From contig JALJEE010003034.1 in NCBI GenBank assembly GCA_023231475.1, positions 1-64,000 of the forward strand: a DNA stretch of 64,000 bases, in the 5' to 3' direction. Positions 52,285-64,000 of this stretch are shown here, piece by piece (the stretch's first letter is position 1; every line of letters starts with the position of its first letter). The DNA comes from Seison nebaliae. Taxonomy: Eukaryota. The notes under the pieces are model-generated. The model made no database searches. It saw nothing but the letters and a program-made list of their open reading frames with translations, and was not told the origin of the DNA. A program made the position numbers and the translations under genes.

Positions 52285-53391
52285 ATGAGTTCCCAAGAAC
52301 TTTCAAAATTGTTAAAGACAGTCAGCAAAAATGTTGAACAATCACCATCAAAAGTTCATTTGAATTTCTCAATTAATTAAAATGGATTTTATTGAAATTT
52401 AGATTTCGGTTATTGGTACCGGTTCGGTTGGTATGGCTTGTGCATTCGCCATTGCTTGTCGAGAGATCAGCACAGAAATAGCATTAGTCGATATTCGAGA
52501 TGATGTTGTCAAAGGAGAATTGTACGACATGCAACATGGAAGTGTGTTTATTGGAAGTCCGAAAATGGTTGCCGGTTCTGATTATTCGATTACAAAAGGA
52601 TCGAAAATTTGTGTCATTACGGGTGGATTGAGACAAATGGAAGGAGAGACTCGACTCCAATTGGTAGCAAAGAATACGGAATTATTCAAAAAGATTGTTC
52701 CCGATTTGTTGAAATATTCTCCAAATGCACTCATTTTCATCATTTCCAATCCGTGTGATATTCTCGCTTATGTCTCGTGGAAGATGACAGGAATTCCCAT
52801 CAATCGAGTTTTCAGTTCCGGAACGAATTTAGACTCTGCGAGATTCCGTTTCTTTATCGCTGAGAAGTTGGGTACAGTGGCGAATAATGTGGAAGGATTA
52901 ATTCTAGGAGAACATGGAGATAATTCAGTTGCTTGTTGGTCATCAGTCACTGTTGGAAATGCTCATTTATTGTCGATCGATTCAAAAGCTGGATCATCCG
53001 ATTTGTTGAAGAATGTCCACAAAGAAACAATTGATGCAGCTTATGAAGTCATCAAATTGAAAAGTTTTATTTTTCTTTTGAATATTTTAAGAAAATAAAA
53101 TAAAATTATTCAGAATACACATCATGGGCAATCGGATTATCTTGTGCTGATATTTGTGAATGTATCATCAAAGATCGACGTCAAGTTCGACCAATGGGAA
53201 CGAATGTGAAAGGTATGTATGGAATAAAGGATGATGTGTTTATGAGTGTTCCATGTGTCATTGGAGCGAATGGTGTCACTCAAATTATCAATCAACCATT
53301 GACACAAGAAGAGATTAGTGGACTACAGAAATGCTCAAAAGTTCTTCTCGAAATTCAGAAAGGATTGGACATTCCCAACATGAAGAAATAA
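52285..53391 (+). CDS. LDH: L-lactate dehydrogenase, 3 exons
   Basis: GTGSVG, DMQHGS, GLRQMEGETRLQL, SNPCD, SGTNLDSARFR, LGEHGD, YTSWAIGLS. Confidence 0.93.
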
Positions 53392-53969
53392 ATATCTGAT
53401 AGTAGAAAATTAGAAATTGAGAAAATTTAGAATTTTAGTTCAGAGAAATTCTTCTAGTTCTTTTTTCTCTTCATTTCAAATAAGTATTCTAGTTCATTTT
53501 TTTAAATCAGAATCATTGACGTTTCTTTATTAGAGAGTTTAACAAATGAACAATCTCATTTACAAATGCAACTTTCAGTAGAATGATCTTTCATGCTTTA
53601 TTCCTCTATTTTATGGCATCAAACCATTCCTCCTCTCCAACTTCCTTATTTCTCCTTCATCTTCCTTTACCCATCTTTCTAGTTTCAATCTCAAATTAAT
53701 TTAATTTTTTTTCATTCTATTTCAACATTCAATTCAATATTCTTTAGAAGAATAAATTGTTTTCTTTCCATTCTCATCTCACTCTCATTTGAAAGATCAT
53801 TTGTTTATTATATAATAATTCATCACAAAAATTTCACATGAAAATATATTCGAGAACCAAAAAAAAAAATAATGGAATTTAGGCAAACAAAAAAAAAGAG
53901 AAATTAAATATGTTAGAGAAATAACAAATTAGACAAAGGACTAAAATGAGAATTATTATTTCATCTACA

Positions 53970-54731
53970 CTAAATGACGGATGGTGTTAAGAGGTTCCTC
54001 AATTCCGAATCTTTCATACAACCCTCAAAGAATTCTTGTTCAGAAAGGAAACCATCAGCTGTCTTGTCCATTTCACCAAATATTTCATCAACTCGTTCTT
54101 CTGGTTTTGTTGCTCCCTTCATTTCACTTTCTCCCATCAATTCATAAATAGCCTGTAAAAGTAATTTTAATGTGGACAATTCGAATTGAATGGAACTTTA
54201 ATAATAATCGCCAATTCCTTCTTATCGACTTTTCCATTCGAATCGATATCATACATTTTGAATGCCCATTTTAATTTCATTTCAATCTCATTCCCACATG
54301 TGATCGATATGGCGATAAGGAATTCACTAAAATCTAAAATTAATCGAATATTTCAAATAAAATTTCAGATTAAAATTAATAATGGATAAAATATTTAAAT
54401 TAAAATGTTTTAATTTGAAGTCAAACCTATTTTATTCGACTCATCTGTATCGAATGTACGAAAGACATGTTCGGTGAATTTTTCGACTTTGCCATGAGGA
54501 TAGAATTGTTTGTAAACTTCGTAGAATTTCTTCTTTGTCAATTTGCCACTCGGACAATCAGCCTTTAAAGATGGAATAAGTGGATTGGAAGAGAAATGAA
54601 ATAAAAAGATTAACGAGAAAACCACGATGCCAATTCAACACTTCCGATCGATTGAATCCAGTTGCTTGTTCCAGTAGTGTAATTTCTGCTTCACTTAACG
54701 GTGAACTGCCTTTCGAATGCTTCTGTCCCAT
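53970..54731 (-). CDS. Neuronal calcium sensor (NCS/neurocalcin family), 4 exons
   Basis: MGQKHSK myristoylation motif, [47 protein letters not shown]. Confidence 0.92.
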
Positions 54732-56649
54732 TTCGAGAAATGAATTCTTATTGTGGAAAATGAAATGAAGAACTTCTATTTAAAAAATGAAGTTTTATAC
54801 AAGGTTTTATTTTTCTGTTGACATATGAAAACAATAGATGTGCCTGGACATTTCACATAGTCGAGGTGACAGATGTAGCGAACACATTGTGTAAGTTAAT
54901 CAATTCTACTCGGAAGTTTCTTGATATTAAAAAGAATATTAGTTGAATGCGGAATCGAATAAGAATCATCTCGATCAGGAAATCAATAAGAAAGAGGACG
55001 AATGGAAATAAATAGGAAATGGTATTGACGGACAGAAGGACAGCTTCCTAAATTTATATTATCACTTTTTATTCACTTTAAATAATTATTGTTTATTCAA
55101 TTCCTCTGTTAAACAATTTTCTTTATCATCTTTTCGTTCGGGAATAACCGAACAACAAAAATTTCAATAGTCGCATATAATTGAATGTGCATAGTTCGAG
55201 CACTTTAATAAATTTATGTCCATTTGTCCATTCAATCAATCAGTGTTTTCCTTCACGAATCACAACAAAACACTTATAAAAGAAAATTCATGAAAGAAAA
55301 ACTGACAATGATTTTGAAGCGTCATTGATGATTGATCGTTTGAGACGAGGAGAACAAACGAAAATAAACGATCAAACTCATTTGATAAAATATTTTCAAA
55401 ATTTTAATAAATTTCTTCGTTTTTTATTGAAAGGAGATGAATAATTAATTCTTATTAAAAGTAATGCACGAAATATAATGTTTCCTTTCAATTATGGAAT
55501 GGATAAGAGAAAATGGAAAAGAGAGTTATAAAGGAGAATTCCCGATCGAATATGTGGCAGAATGTAGCATGAAATTAAACACAGATTCATGCTAATGAAA
55601 ATGCATGAATAATGAAGGATAACTTCACAAATAATATGTGATCGGAAGATAGTTAGAATGGATATTGTTCCGATTTTCCTTCTGATTACTTTCTATTCCT
55701 CATACGATTTCCATAACAATACTGTCAATGATATATACATGTTCTCTATAAAAAGAGGAAGGAAAAGTCGAGAAATAATTGGGAGAATTAAATAGGTTTC
55801 ATTTGAAGAAATCGATTTGAGACAAGTCAAAAAAAAGACATGTGAAAGAGAAGTAAAAAAAAGAAAATTAAATTAAATTATTAGAATGATAATTTCATCG
55901 GATAATAGAATAAAGGAAAAGAGGGACGAAAACTCTGAAATTATTCTACGATTGTTCTATACACATATGCGTTCTCCCAACGTTTATTGTTAGTAAGGAA
56001 ATCGAATGAACAAAGGCATAAATCACCACATGAGTAATATGAGAGGACGTAGCGTGAGAGAAGTTCATATTTAAAGAATTTATGATTTATGTTCTTTCTC
56101 TATTAGATTGTTGTGTGAATTCAAGGTTAATGAAAATATATGATTCACTTATCATCAAATATTATCAATATAGATGAGGAAGAATTCTGATGAATTAATA
56201 TTAGATAATAATAAATTACCGATTACTAAGAAACATTCTATTCCATCAATTATTTCTTCTTCTTTTGGGAGGTACTTTCTCTCCATTTTACTCCTTCGAC
56301 TTATTCTACTTCTGAAGATTAATCGTTATTTAATCGTCGAGTTTGTGAAGTAGCCATGGGAAAATTCAAACATTTTCCCCCTCTCACCGAAATACAAACA
56401 GTATATGTCGTATATTATGTGTGTCGTGCAACAGACTGTAATTAATCATCAAAATGTTATTGTTGTGTAGAAGGATAATCAGTTTATGTGGTTGATTAAC
56501 GGCAATGAGAAGAAGAAATAGAAGAGAAATAGTTTTAATAAATTTTACAATTGATAAAGAAATGTGATTGGAAATAAGATGAAAGTGGATGAATAATATT
56601 CTAAATATAAGTTTAATATTTCACTATTTAAAAAAAATAAAAAATCTCA

Positions 56650-56946
56650 ATGTGGAATATCATATTAACAAGGGTTATATCTCGGTATATTCCTATCATA
56701 TCTCTGCCGGTTGCTGTCGTGCTCGGAACAACTGGATATTTCGTGGAGAAGATGATACGCGGTGGAGAATCGGGCTATGAGCAAGCACCCGTATATGAGG
56801 AGAGTATTATTGATGTGAGAGAGAAGCGTCTCTTACAGACGGAAGATAAGGATGCATGGAAATTTGAAGCAAGCGAGACAATATTTAATAAAAATAGAAC
56901 GAAAGATGCAATGCCAACATCCAGCAACCGGAAGAGAGATGAATAA
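56650..56946 (+). CDS. SMIM12: Small integral membrane protein 12-like
   Basis: MW..RYIPIISLPVAVVLGTTGYFVE..IRG..SIIDVREKRLL..IFNKNR. Confidence 0.75.
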   Translation: MWNIILTRVISRYIPIISLPVAVVLGTTGYFVEKMIRGGESGYEQAPVYEESIIDVREKRLLQTEDKDAWKFEASETIFNKNRTKDAMPTSSNRKRDE

Positions 56947-57000
56947 ATTGATTAATTTACTTTTTTCATTTTCACACTGTTTCTTTTGTTATTTGAATAA

Positions 57001-58545
57001 TTAAAGGAATTCCCGATATATATCCATTGGATGTTTCATCAATTCATTATCAGTTGTCGCGGGTGATTCGAGTAATTTCTTTATCGCTTCGTTCGCATGA
57101 TTAAAATTACAATCCATTAAATAACGTTGTTCAACTGTATGACATTTCATTGAACAAGCGATAGCTAACGAACCGATCACTTGTCTCAAATAGACATATC
57201 GATCTGGATCACTATGAAGACGAACAACAGCCAAAAAATTGTTGAGTTGTTTACTCTTATCCGATGATTTGGTGGACGTGGTTGAGGTGGAGCCGGTCGA
57301 ACAATCGGATGTTGTACTATAAGAAGTTGTTGTCGATTTCTCTTTATCTTCACTTTCCTCGTTCTGCTGTTGTTCGTGGAGAATATTGTTATAATTTTTA
57401 TTGTCATAATATTTCGTCGTTGTCAAACAGAGTTTGATGACATTCGAATACATTTCAAATATATAATCGTCACAACTATTAGCGGCGTCAGTAGCCAAAT
57501 AAATTCGACTGACAATATCGAAAAGAAAACATTTTTCGACTTTACACGAATCTGCTAAAATCTTGAGAACTTCAGCTAAATTTCGCATTTGGGGTGTGAT
57601 TCTCTGAATCGTTTTACTAAATGCTTCAAACACTGAATAATCATAGATTGATGTCAAATGGAAATTCGTATAAATTTGACGAATGTTCCGCAATGCGAGT
57701 TGTCGATAGACTTCATTGGAAATGAATTGGAAGACTGTCTCTCTCTCCGCCATTGACAATCCGTCGACTTTATGAACTAAGATCTCGAATCGAATATTCG
57801 TATTCAATTCGTATCCTCTCGAAATACAAGTGACTAAAGCATCAAGTGATCTTTGTAGGATTGATTTCTGTAATTTTGCATCGATCACATAAATGAGAGC
57901 GTTACACAAACTGATCTTTTCTAAAATTTCATCGGTTAATTCGATTTGTCCCGGAATCTCCGTTACTGTCAATTGAATAAAACTCAAATTCTCATAATAA
58001 TTATTCTCAACTTCGACGGTTGGTGGAAGATGTGTGGTGTTCACTGGTGATTCCTGATAAAAGACGACTCGTTTTATCGACGTCTTTCCACTTTTCTTCA
58101 ATCCCATCAATAGAACTGATGGTCGTAATGCTTTCATATTTAATGTAGTGGCTGAATCCACTTTCTCCTTTTCTTTCATTTCTCCTTCATCTTCCTTCTC
58201 TTTATCATCATCATCACCTTCTTCTTCTTCTTCTTCATCTGTCGTTGTCTTATTATTTTCAAGAATTTCAATATCGTCCGTACTATTTCCATCATCCTCA
58301 TCGATATGATGATCGTCTTTCGACAAATAAGGAAGATCTTTCGAATCAACATCTACATGCAATCCACCATCACCTTCATCTACTTCTTCTTCATAGATTG
58401 GAAGAAGACGAACCATCGTCTCATCCTCATCCAAATGTTGTTGAACATCATCATCTTCCTCATTCAATGAATCGTCGACATAATCATCAATTCGAATAAC
58501 ACAATCATTCGACCGATAATTCTCATTATTTACTTTTAATTTCAT
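57001..58545 (-). CDS. RRAGC: Rag C/D GTPase with long acidic N-terminal extension, intronless
   Basis: VLLMGLKKSGKTSIKRVVF, PGQ, ALIYVIDA, VHKVDGL, FHLTSIYDYSVFEAFSK, FLFDIVSRIYLATD. Confidence 0.88.
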   Translation of the reverse strand: MKLKVNNENYRSNDCVIRIDDYVDDSLNEEDDDVQQHLDEDETMVRLLPIYEEEVDEGDGGLHVDVDSKDLPYLSKDDHHIDEDDGNSTDDIEILENNKTTTDEEEEEEGDDDDKEKEDEGEMKEKEKVDSATTLNMKALRPSVLLMGLKKSGKTSIKRVVFYQESPVNTTHLPPTVEVENNYYENLSFIQLTVTEIPGQIELTDEILEKISLCNALIYVIDAKLQKSILQRSLDALVTCISRGYELNTNIRFEILVHKVDGLSMAERETVFQFISNEVYRQLALRNIRQIYTNFHLTSIYDYSVFEAFSKTIQRITPQMRNLAEVLKILADSCKVEKCFLFDIVSRIYLATDAANSCDDYIFEMYSNVIKLCLTTTKYYDNKNYNNILHEQQQNEESEDKEKSTTTSYSTTSDCSTGSTSTTSTKSSDKSKQLNNFLAVVRLHSDPDRYVYLRQVIGSLAIACSMKCHTVEQRYLMDCNFNHANEAIKKLLESPATTDNELMKHPMDIYREFL

Positions 58546-59203
58546 GGTTAATAAATTTTTTTCTTTCCTTTTTTTTTGCAAATCGAAGTGATAAGACAAT
58601 TCGTAATTCTATCTCATATTTGCTTTCTCAATAATCAGCACTTGACATTAAAGAATAAATAACATCCACAATGTTTCTATGTTGACGATCCTTGTCCGAA
58701 TTTTCATTTCTTTTCTCATGAATGAATTTTATTCTGCTTTTTATTCGATCGTATGAACTACCACGTTCATTTCTTGCTTAAAAATTTCAAGCTTATTCCT
58801 CTCGTTTTTCTTCACTTCCCCTAGTTTTCTACTCTTTTTTTTTTGTAAGTTAATCATTTGTGAAATTTATTGCTATCAAACACTTACCATTATTCGTTCC
58901 ATTTCTGTTTTATCACACAATTTTTGTGTTTCATAAACTTAATAAAATTTATTATTTTTCTTTTATAATTCTTTATCCCAATGCCAAATGTGACATCGTC
59001 AAATTAAAATTTAATTAAGAAGTTTAATTGATATTAAATGAGAAGTAATTAACTTACTTTCATCATGAATCACATTAGTTTGTTGAGTTTTTGTCGATTG
59101 GATTTAGGATGGAAAAATAATGAGAATATGATTTTAAACGTATAAGAAATAATGTCTCATTCAGTGAAGTAGAAAGGAAAGCTTATTAGAAAATTTGAAA
59201 AGA

Positions 59204-60709
59204 ATGTTCGGTGTGATACGCACATTGGCATCATCTCAGTTAGTTGCGCAATTGCAACGATGCATGGGCGTAGGCGTAGTATTGGAGGGAAAAAATTCCG
59301 TAAAATTTTTTTATTCTTATCTCTTTTATATCATCATGAAATTGGCCGCTTGCACTGGTGGCGAAACATTCAATTGTGTTTTTATGCCAGTTGTCTACTG
59401 GTTCTGGCAAAGTGATGTGGCACGTCGAATGTGTCTGATATGGGGCTCTCTCATGTACATTGGACAAGCGATGAAAGATATATTGAAAATACCTCGACCA
59501 CAAACGCCAATCGTGCATCATCTGGAAAAGGCGTTAAACTTTTGCAATTTATTTTTGTTTATTCTTTTGTGTAGTTATGTGACGGAATATGGTATGCCGT
59601 CCACACATGCCATCGTAGCAATTTGTATCCCATATACACTCTACTACTACTCCTTACAAATAATGGAAGTTTTTTTTTTTGAATTTCACACATGATACTT
59701 AATATTTAGTAGTTGAATGAATTCATCTTTTGTGGAATTTTGATATTCTGGTCTGTATCAACTTGTATTTCTCGTGTATATCTGGGAATGCATTCCGTTC
59801 TCGTTAATTAAATTTCTTTTCTTCGTTCATTAAATTATTATTAAATATTTATTATATGAAAAAAAGGATGTGATAATAGGTAGTCTATTGGCATGGAGTG
59901 GAACTTATATGTTGATCGATAGTAAATTAATTAATTTCATTGAAGACGAATTGATAATGAATAAATGCTTATCCATGTCATTGGTTACATTGACGACGTG
60001 CATTTTCTTGTGTCTTATTTATCCTCAATTGAATGAGAAGAATTATGAGCAATTCATCGAATTGAAAGAAGATGATATAGAAATCAATTCAGAAACAATT
60101 ACAATTGATATGAATAAGAAATGTTGTGACACTAAATCGAAAAGAATTTGGAATAGTGCTCGTAGTGATGCATTTCTCATAATATCTGTCATCTGCGGCA
60201 TTATTGTAGGTTGTCAATTTTTTTATATCTTCAACAACAAAACTGACTTTATTCAATTTAATAAAAATCTCAATAACACCAACAACATCATCATCAATAA
60301 CACCAACAACATCATCATCAATAACAAAAACAACGGAGACAATCAAATACATTTATTCTTCATTAAATTAATTATTGGATGTCTAATATTGTTCATCGCT
60401 CGTGAAGGAAGTAAGATATTGTTTCTACGTCTCCCTTATACCATCTACTCGACGACATCTCTCCACAGAACGTTATTTTGTGGTACAGATAAGATTGTGG
60501 ATCAATTAAGAAAATATAACAATATCTCGCAACAAATCACATCAATTCCTATGACTATCATTCCGTTGACGATTGAGAATTACAAGAAACAATTCTTCCC
60601 TGAATTATTCTATAAATTTTCTACCTATTTTCTTGTCTCATTTGTCGTTGTATATATTTGCCCTCAAATATTTACTTATATCGAAACGATTTCTCTCAAT
60701 CTCAGCTGA
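59204..60709 (+). CDS. SGPP: Sphingosine-1-phosphate phosphatase (PAP2 family); start uncertain
   Basis: GQAMKDILKIPRP, EYGMPSTHA, ISRVYLGMHSVLDV, SARSD, multiple TM segments. Confidence 0.88.
60271..60326 (+). repeat. 24-nt in-frame tandem duplication (NNTNNIII)x2 in SGPP
   Basis: caataacaccaacaacatcatcat is repeated exactly. Confidence 0.85.
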
Positions 60710-61923
60710 CAGGACTTACTACCCATCGTTTCATATGAGAACTAAAAATCTTTTCCACTTTGTTCAAATTTACTATTTCCTTATAATATCAGGAGAAAGT
60801 TATCTTTTCTTCCGATCTGTTTTACAATCATTTAAACTAATTAATCCATAGTTTATTGAATCAATGTTATTTTTATTATGATTTTCCATATAAATAAAAA
60901 TTCCATCAATTAAATGTAATTTATTACCAGTTTAATTTATCGAGTAAGATTATAATAATCTCAACAGAAACGATTTGAAATAAGGGAATTAATTAGAAGT
61001 GGAATGAAGAAATGAAGAAACTAATTAAAATCTTATCAAAATTTGACAAATTTGAAGAATGAATTCCGACATTTATTCTCCTATGCAGAATAACAGAAGA
61101 TTCATTTTCTTCTTTCACCTACAAGTAATGTCCATCTGTCTATATCTGAACATATTAATATAATATGGAGAATTATGTATCGTTCTCATTTGTATTCATC
61201 GAATTTTTATTGGAATGTCACTGGTAATTCGAGAAATGTTTTCTTTCAATTCATTTCTCAATTTTATCGAATGAAAATTCTCTTTTATGATAATAATAAT
61301 AATAATCATTGTTGTTGTTGTTGTTCTCGTTCGATAGGAAAAAATTATTTTGTTAGGAAAGTAGAATGAAGATAAGAGAAATAATAATATGATCATTTAT
61401 TAAATCGTTTCATTTTAATGTCTGTTGGAATGATTATTTGGATTTTTGAAATTGGATGAATTTTAGTTTTCATCGTTCGCTATTAGTTTTGATAAGAAAT
61501 CGTCAAGAAATTTCAATGTTGATAACCTTCTACGAAAGTTCCATAAAAATAATTCATATAAGTAAATAATAATAAGAAATCATAAGAAATTAATTGACGT
61601 TAAAATATATCCATCTCTATTATGATGAAATAATTTATTTTATGCTTTATGTAAACATTTTAGAATGGGAAATTTTGAAGGAAATACTAAATCTTTTTCC
61701 ACGTAAATTTCCTTATCAGAACATTTTTACTTTATTATCGAAAATTTCTTCAAATTTTCTTTCTACTTTAAAATTTCTTTTTTTCTGGTAAAAGTTCCAA
61801 GTCTGAATTTGAAGATAATTTGTTAGAAATCATGCAAGGTCGTTTCAGTACCCTGAAAGGTTTCAAGTTACCACATTTTTTGATATCGATCGTTTATGAG
61901 ATTCCAATTTTTTAAGGAGAGCT

Positions 61924-63246
61924 ATGCGGAAAAGTGTGTTGAATGACGATATAGAGATCGATGGAAAACGATCTGTTTCTAGAAAAGAGTTCTTAGTTAT
62001 GGAACAAGATAAATTACAGGAAGCTGCAAGAAAAGGTGATATTGTAAAATTGAATAAGATTATGGAAAGAGAATGCAACACACCTGGTGAATTACAGCGA
62101 ACTCCAGTTCACTGGGCGGCATTATATGGTCGTTTAGCAGCTCTCCAACTTTTAATTTCGAGAGGGTTTCAATAAACCTCATTTATATTAGAATGTTCAT
62201 AATTTTCTATTCTATTCTAGAGGTGAACCGGAAAGAGTTGATATTCATGGAAATTCTGCCTTACATTTAGCCGTGATTGGCAATCATATTGATTGCATTC
62301 ATTACTTGATTAAATTCAATATAAATATGTGGTTGATTAATAACAAATCAAAAACTGCTCTAGCTTTAGCATCCGAACAACAATCAACGGATGTTATTCT
62401 GATGTTATTTAGTGTTTAAATTACTCCGTTTGCACAGGTCATTCACATTTTGGATGATGCAATGATGGAGAAACAACGACTTTATCCTAAACATTCAAGA
62501 AAAGATCGAGAGAAAGCAGTAGAACGTCACAAGAGACGAATGGTGGCCTTACAAAAATTTGAAAAGAAATATCAGAAAAGTATTTCCCAAAGGAGTACGA
62601 TTAGTCGAAATACATTTCCGGACAATATACAGCAAAGTCCTCAACCTATTGAACGCCCCCCCGAAAGAAGTTACCGAAAAATTGTAATTATCCTAAATTT
62701 TTTGCTCACTCAAAAATAAAAATTTTTTAGTGTTCCATAGTCGGATAATTGTTGCACCAGGAAACGATGGTCAATTACGAGGTCAAATGAAGTATGATAA
62801 TTCAATTTCAATGAAATCTGTTTCATTACTTTTATCCTCAGAATAATTTTCAAATTATTTAGAATCGACCGATGGTAATCCGAACGACATCACATGAGAA
62901 AAAAGAATTATATTCCCCATCAACAACTGATTATAAAGAAAACGATTCTATTTTAAGTTCGGCGGAAGAAACTGAAGAAGATGATGGAGAAGACGAGAAT
63001 GATGATAACGATGAATCTTCAATCGATGATCGTTTTCGTCCTCGACAAACAATTACAAGCATAGTCACTAAAGATCAGCCACAAATAATTAATAATCGTC
63101 AATCTGTCGAATATATTCGTCAACAAGAGAGGATATCCAATAATCATATTGGAATAAATTATCCGCAAAATATTATCAACAATCCACCGCCAATAACATA
63201 TGTCGATGATCTTCAAGATAAAGAATCGATTTCAACTTATTTCTAA
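61924..63246 (+). CDS. SANS/ANKS4B-like ankyrin-repeat scaffold lacking a SAM domain
   Basis: QEAARKGD..TPVHWAALYGRLAALQLLISRGGEPERVDIHGNSALHLA..MWLINN..PKHSRKDREKA matches the USH1G N-terminus; ends STYF. Confidence 0.72.
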
Positions 63247-63361
63247 TAAACAAATTCCCCCCACTATAACTACTTTAATTTATATAACAAATTTTCCATT
63301 TCAAATTTATTGATTTCTCTTAAAATATAATATCAATTTTTTGTTATATGTTCATATTTAT

Positions 63362-63892
63362 CTATTGAATGGCACAAGTTTCTTTCGGATGAGATTTCTT
63401 TCCTGGACCAACGAAAAAACCTTTTCTTCCTTTACCCCACGAATCGTGAATGATATCACCAAATCCATCTCTGACCTTATTGAAGAACATTTCACTCATA
63501 CCTGCTGCAATTTGTCTTCCGAAAGGATTATCTGCCAAACCTGGCATAAATTGCACCATAACGCCCGAAAGTAGACGGGCAGCAGGAGCAGCAAATTTAC
63601 TTTTCTCTTCTTCATCTCGATCACTTAATAAATTAGAGAAAGAGGAAATCAGTCCAGTTAAATCAAATGAATTATTATTATGGACTGTCTGAAGTGACAT
63701 ATCTTCATTTTCACCGTAAGTGGTATTGGCAAAACCTCCATAATTGTTATATCCCCATTGGGAATATTCTTGACCACCTTCATATGGATCTCCATAATTG
63801 TTACCTTGATTCAGACGTGGGACGGATTGAGTTAAAATTGAATCAAGTGCCTTCGACACTGTGGAATTATTGGATATATGTTTTTGTGCCAT
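63362..63892 (-). CDS. Hypothetical 176-aa protein with G/Y/N-rich N-terminal half
   Basis: Clean ATG-stop ORF with raised GC; no family recognised. Confidence 0.6.
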   Translation of the reverse strand: MAQKHISNNSTVSKALDSILTQSVPRLNQGNNYGDPYEGGQEYSQWGYNNYGGFANTTYGENEDMSLQTVHNNNSFDLTGLISSFSNLLSDRDEEEKSKFAAPAARLLSGVMVQFMPGLADNPFGRQIAAGMSEMFFNKVRDGFGDIIHDSWGKGRKGFFVGPGKKSHPKETCAIQ

Positions 63893-64000
63893 TGAATTGA
63901 AGAGATCTAAGATGTAAATTACGTAAATAAAATGAAATTGAGAGCATTAAAAGAATAACTTATTACTTGAAATCCTCCGTTCGAATTCATATATTGACCA

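Noticed and set aside
53040..53130. LDH KGYT motif reading KKYT as a sign of RNA editing or non-canonical splicing
   Set aside because: The GT-AG intron gives an intact frame; a simple substitution suffices

Overview
Very AT-rich, gene-dense animal genomic DNA, not prokaryotic. It encodes Smad, FoxB, myosin VII, a GPCR and a neuropeptide precursor. Introns are tiny (mostly ~45-65 nt) and intergenic gaps are short, as in a miniaturised invertebrate; a spiralian or gnathiferan source is only a guess. About 25 protein genes can be rebuilt by hand. Several are missed or fragmented by the ORF track: LYRM7, MRRF, a 47-aa myristoylation-type micropeptide, and an AKH/GnRH-type prohormone hidden by an in-frame intron. 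Degenerate hAT, LINE-like and MITE-like remnants are also present. The strongest unexplained signal is the splice code: 37 of 40 hand-reconstructed 5' splice sites in eight genes start GTT instead of GT(A/G)AG, canonical-looking donors nearby appear to be ignored, and many acceptors are AAG with little polypyrimidine tract. This suggests a divergent spliceosome. Other highlights: 9-nt and 18-nt microexons in myosin VII, an animal phosphonopyruvate decarboxylase with a transit-peptide-like N-terminus, a SAM-less SANS homolog near myosin VII, a Smad ending in HSET, and a near-perfect 83-nt hairpin. All exon boundaries were inferred by eye from reading frame and remembered family motifs; no database search was run.
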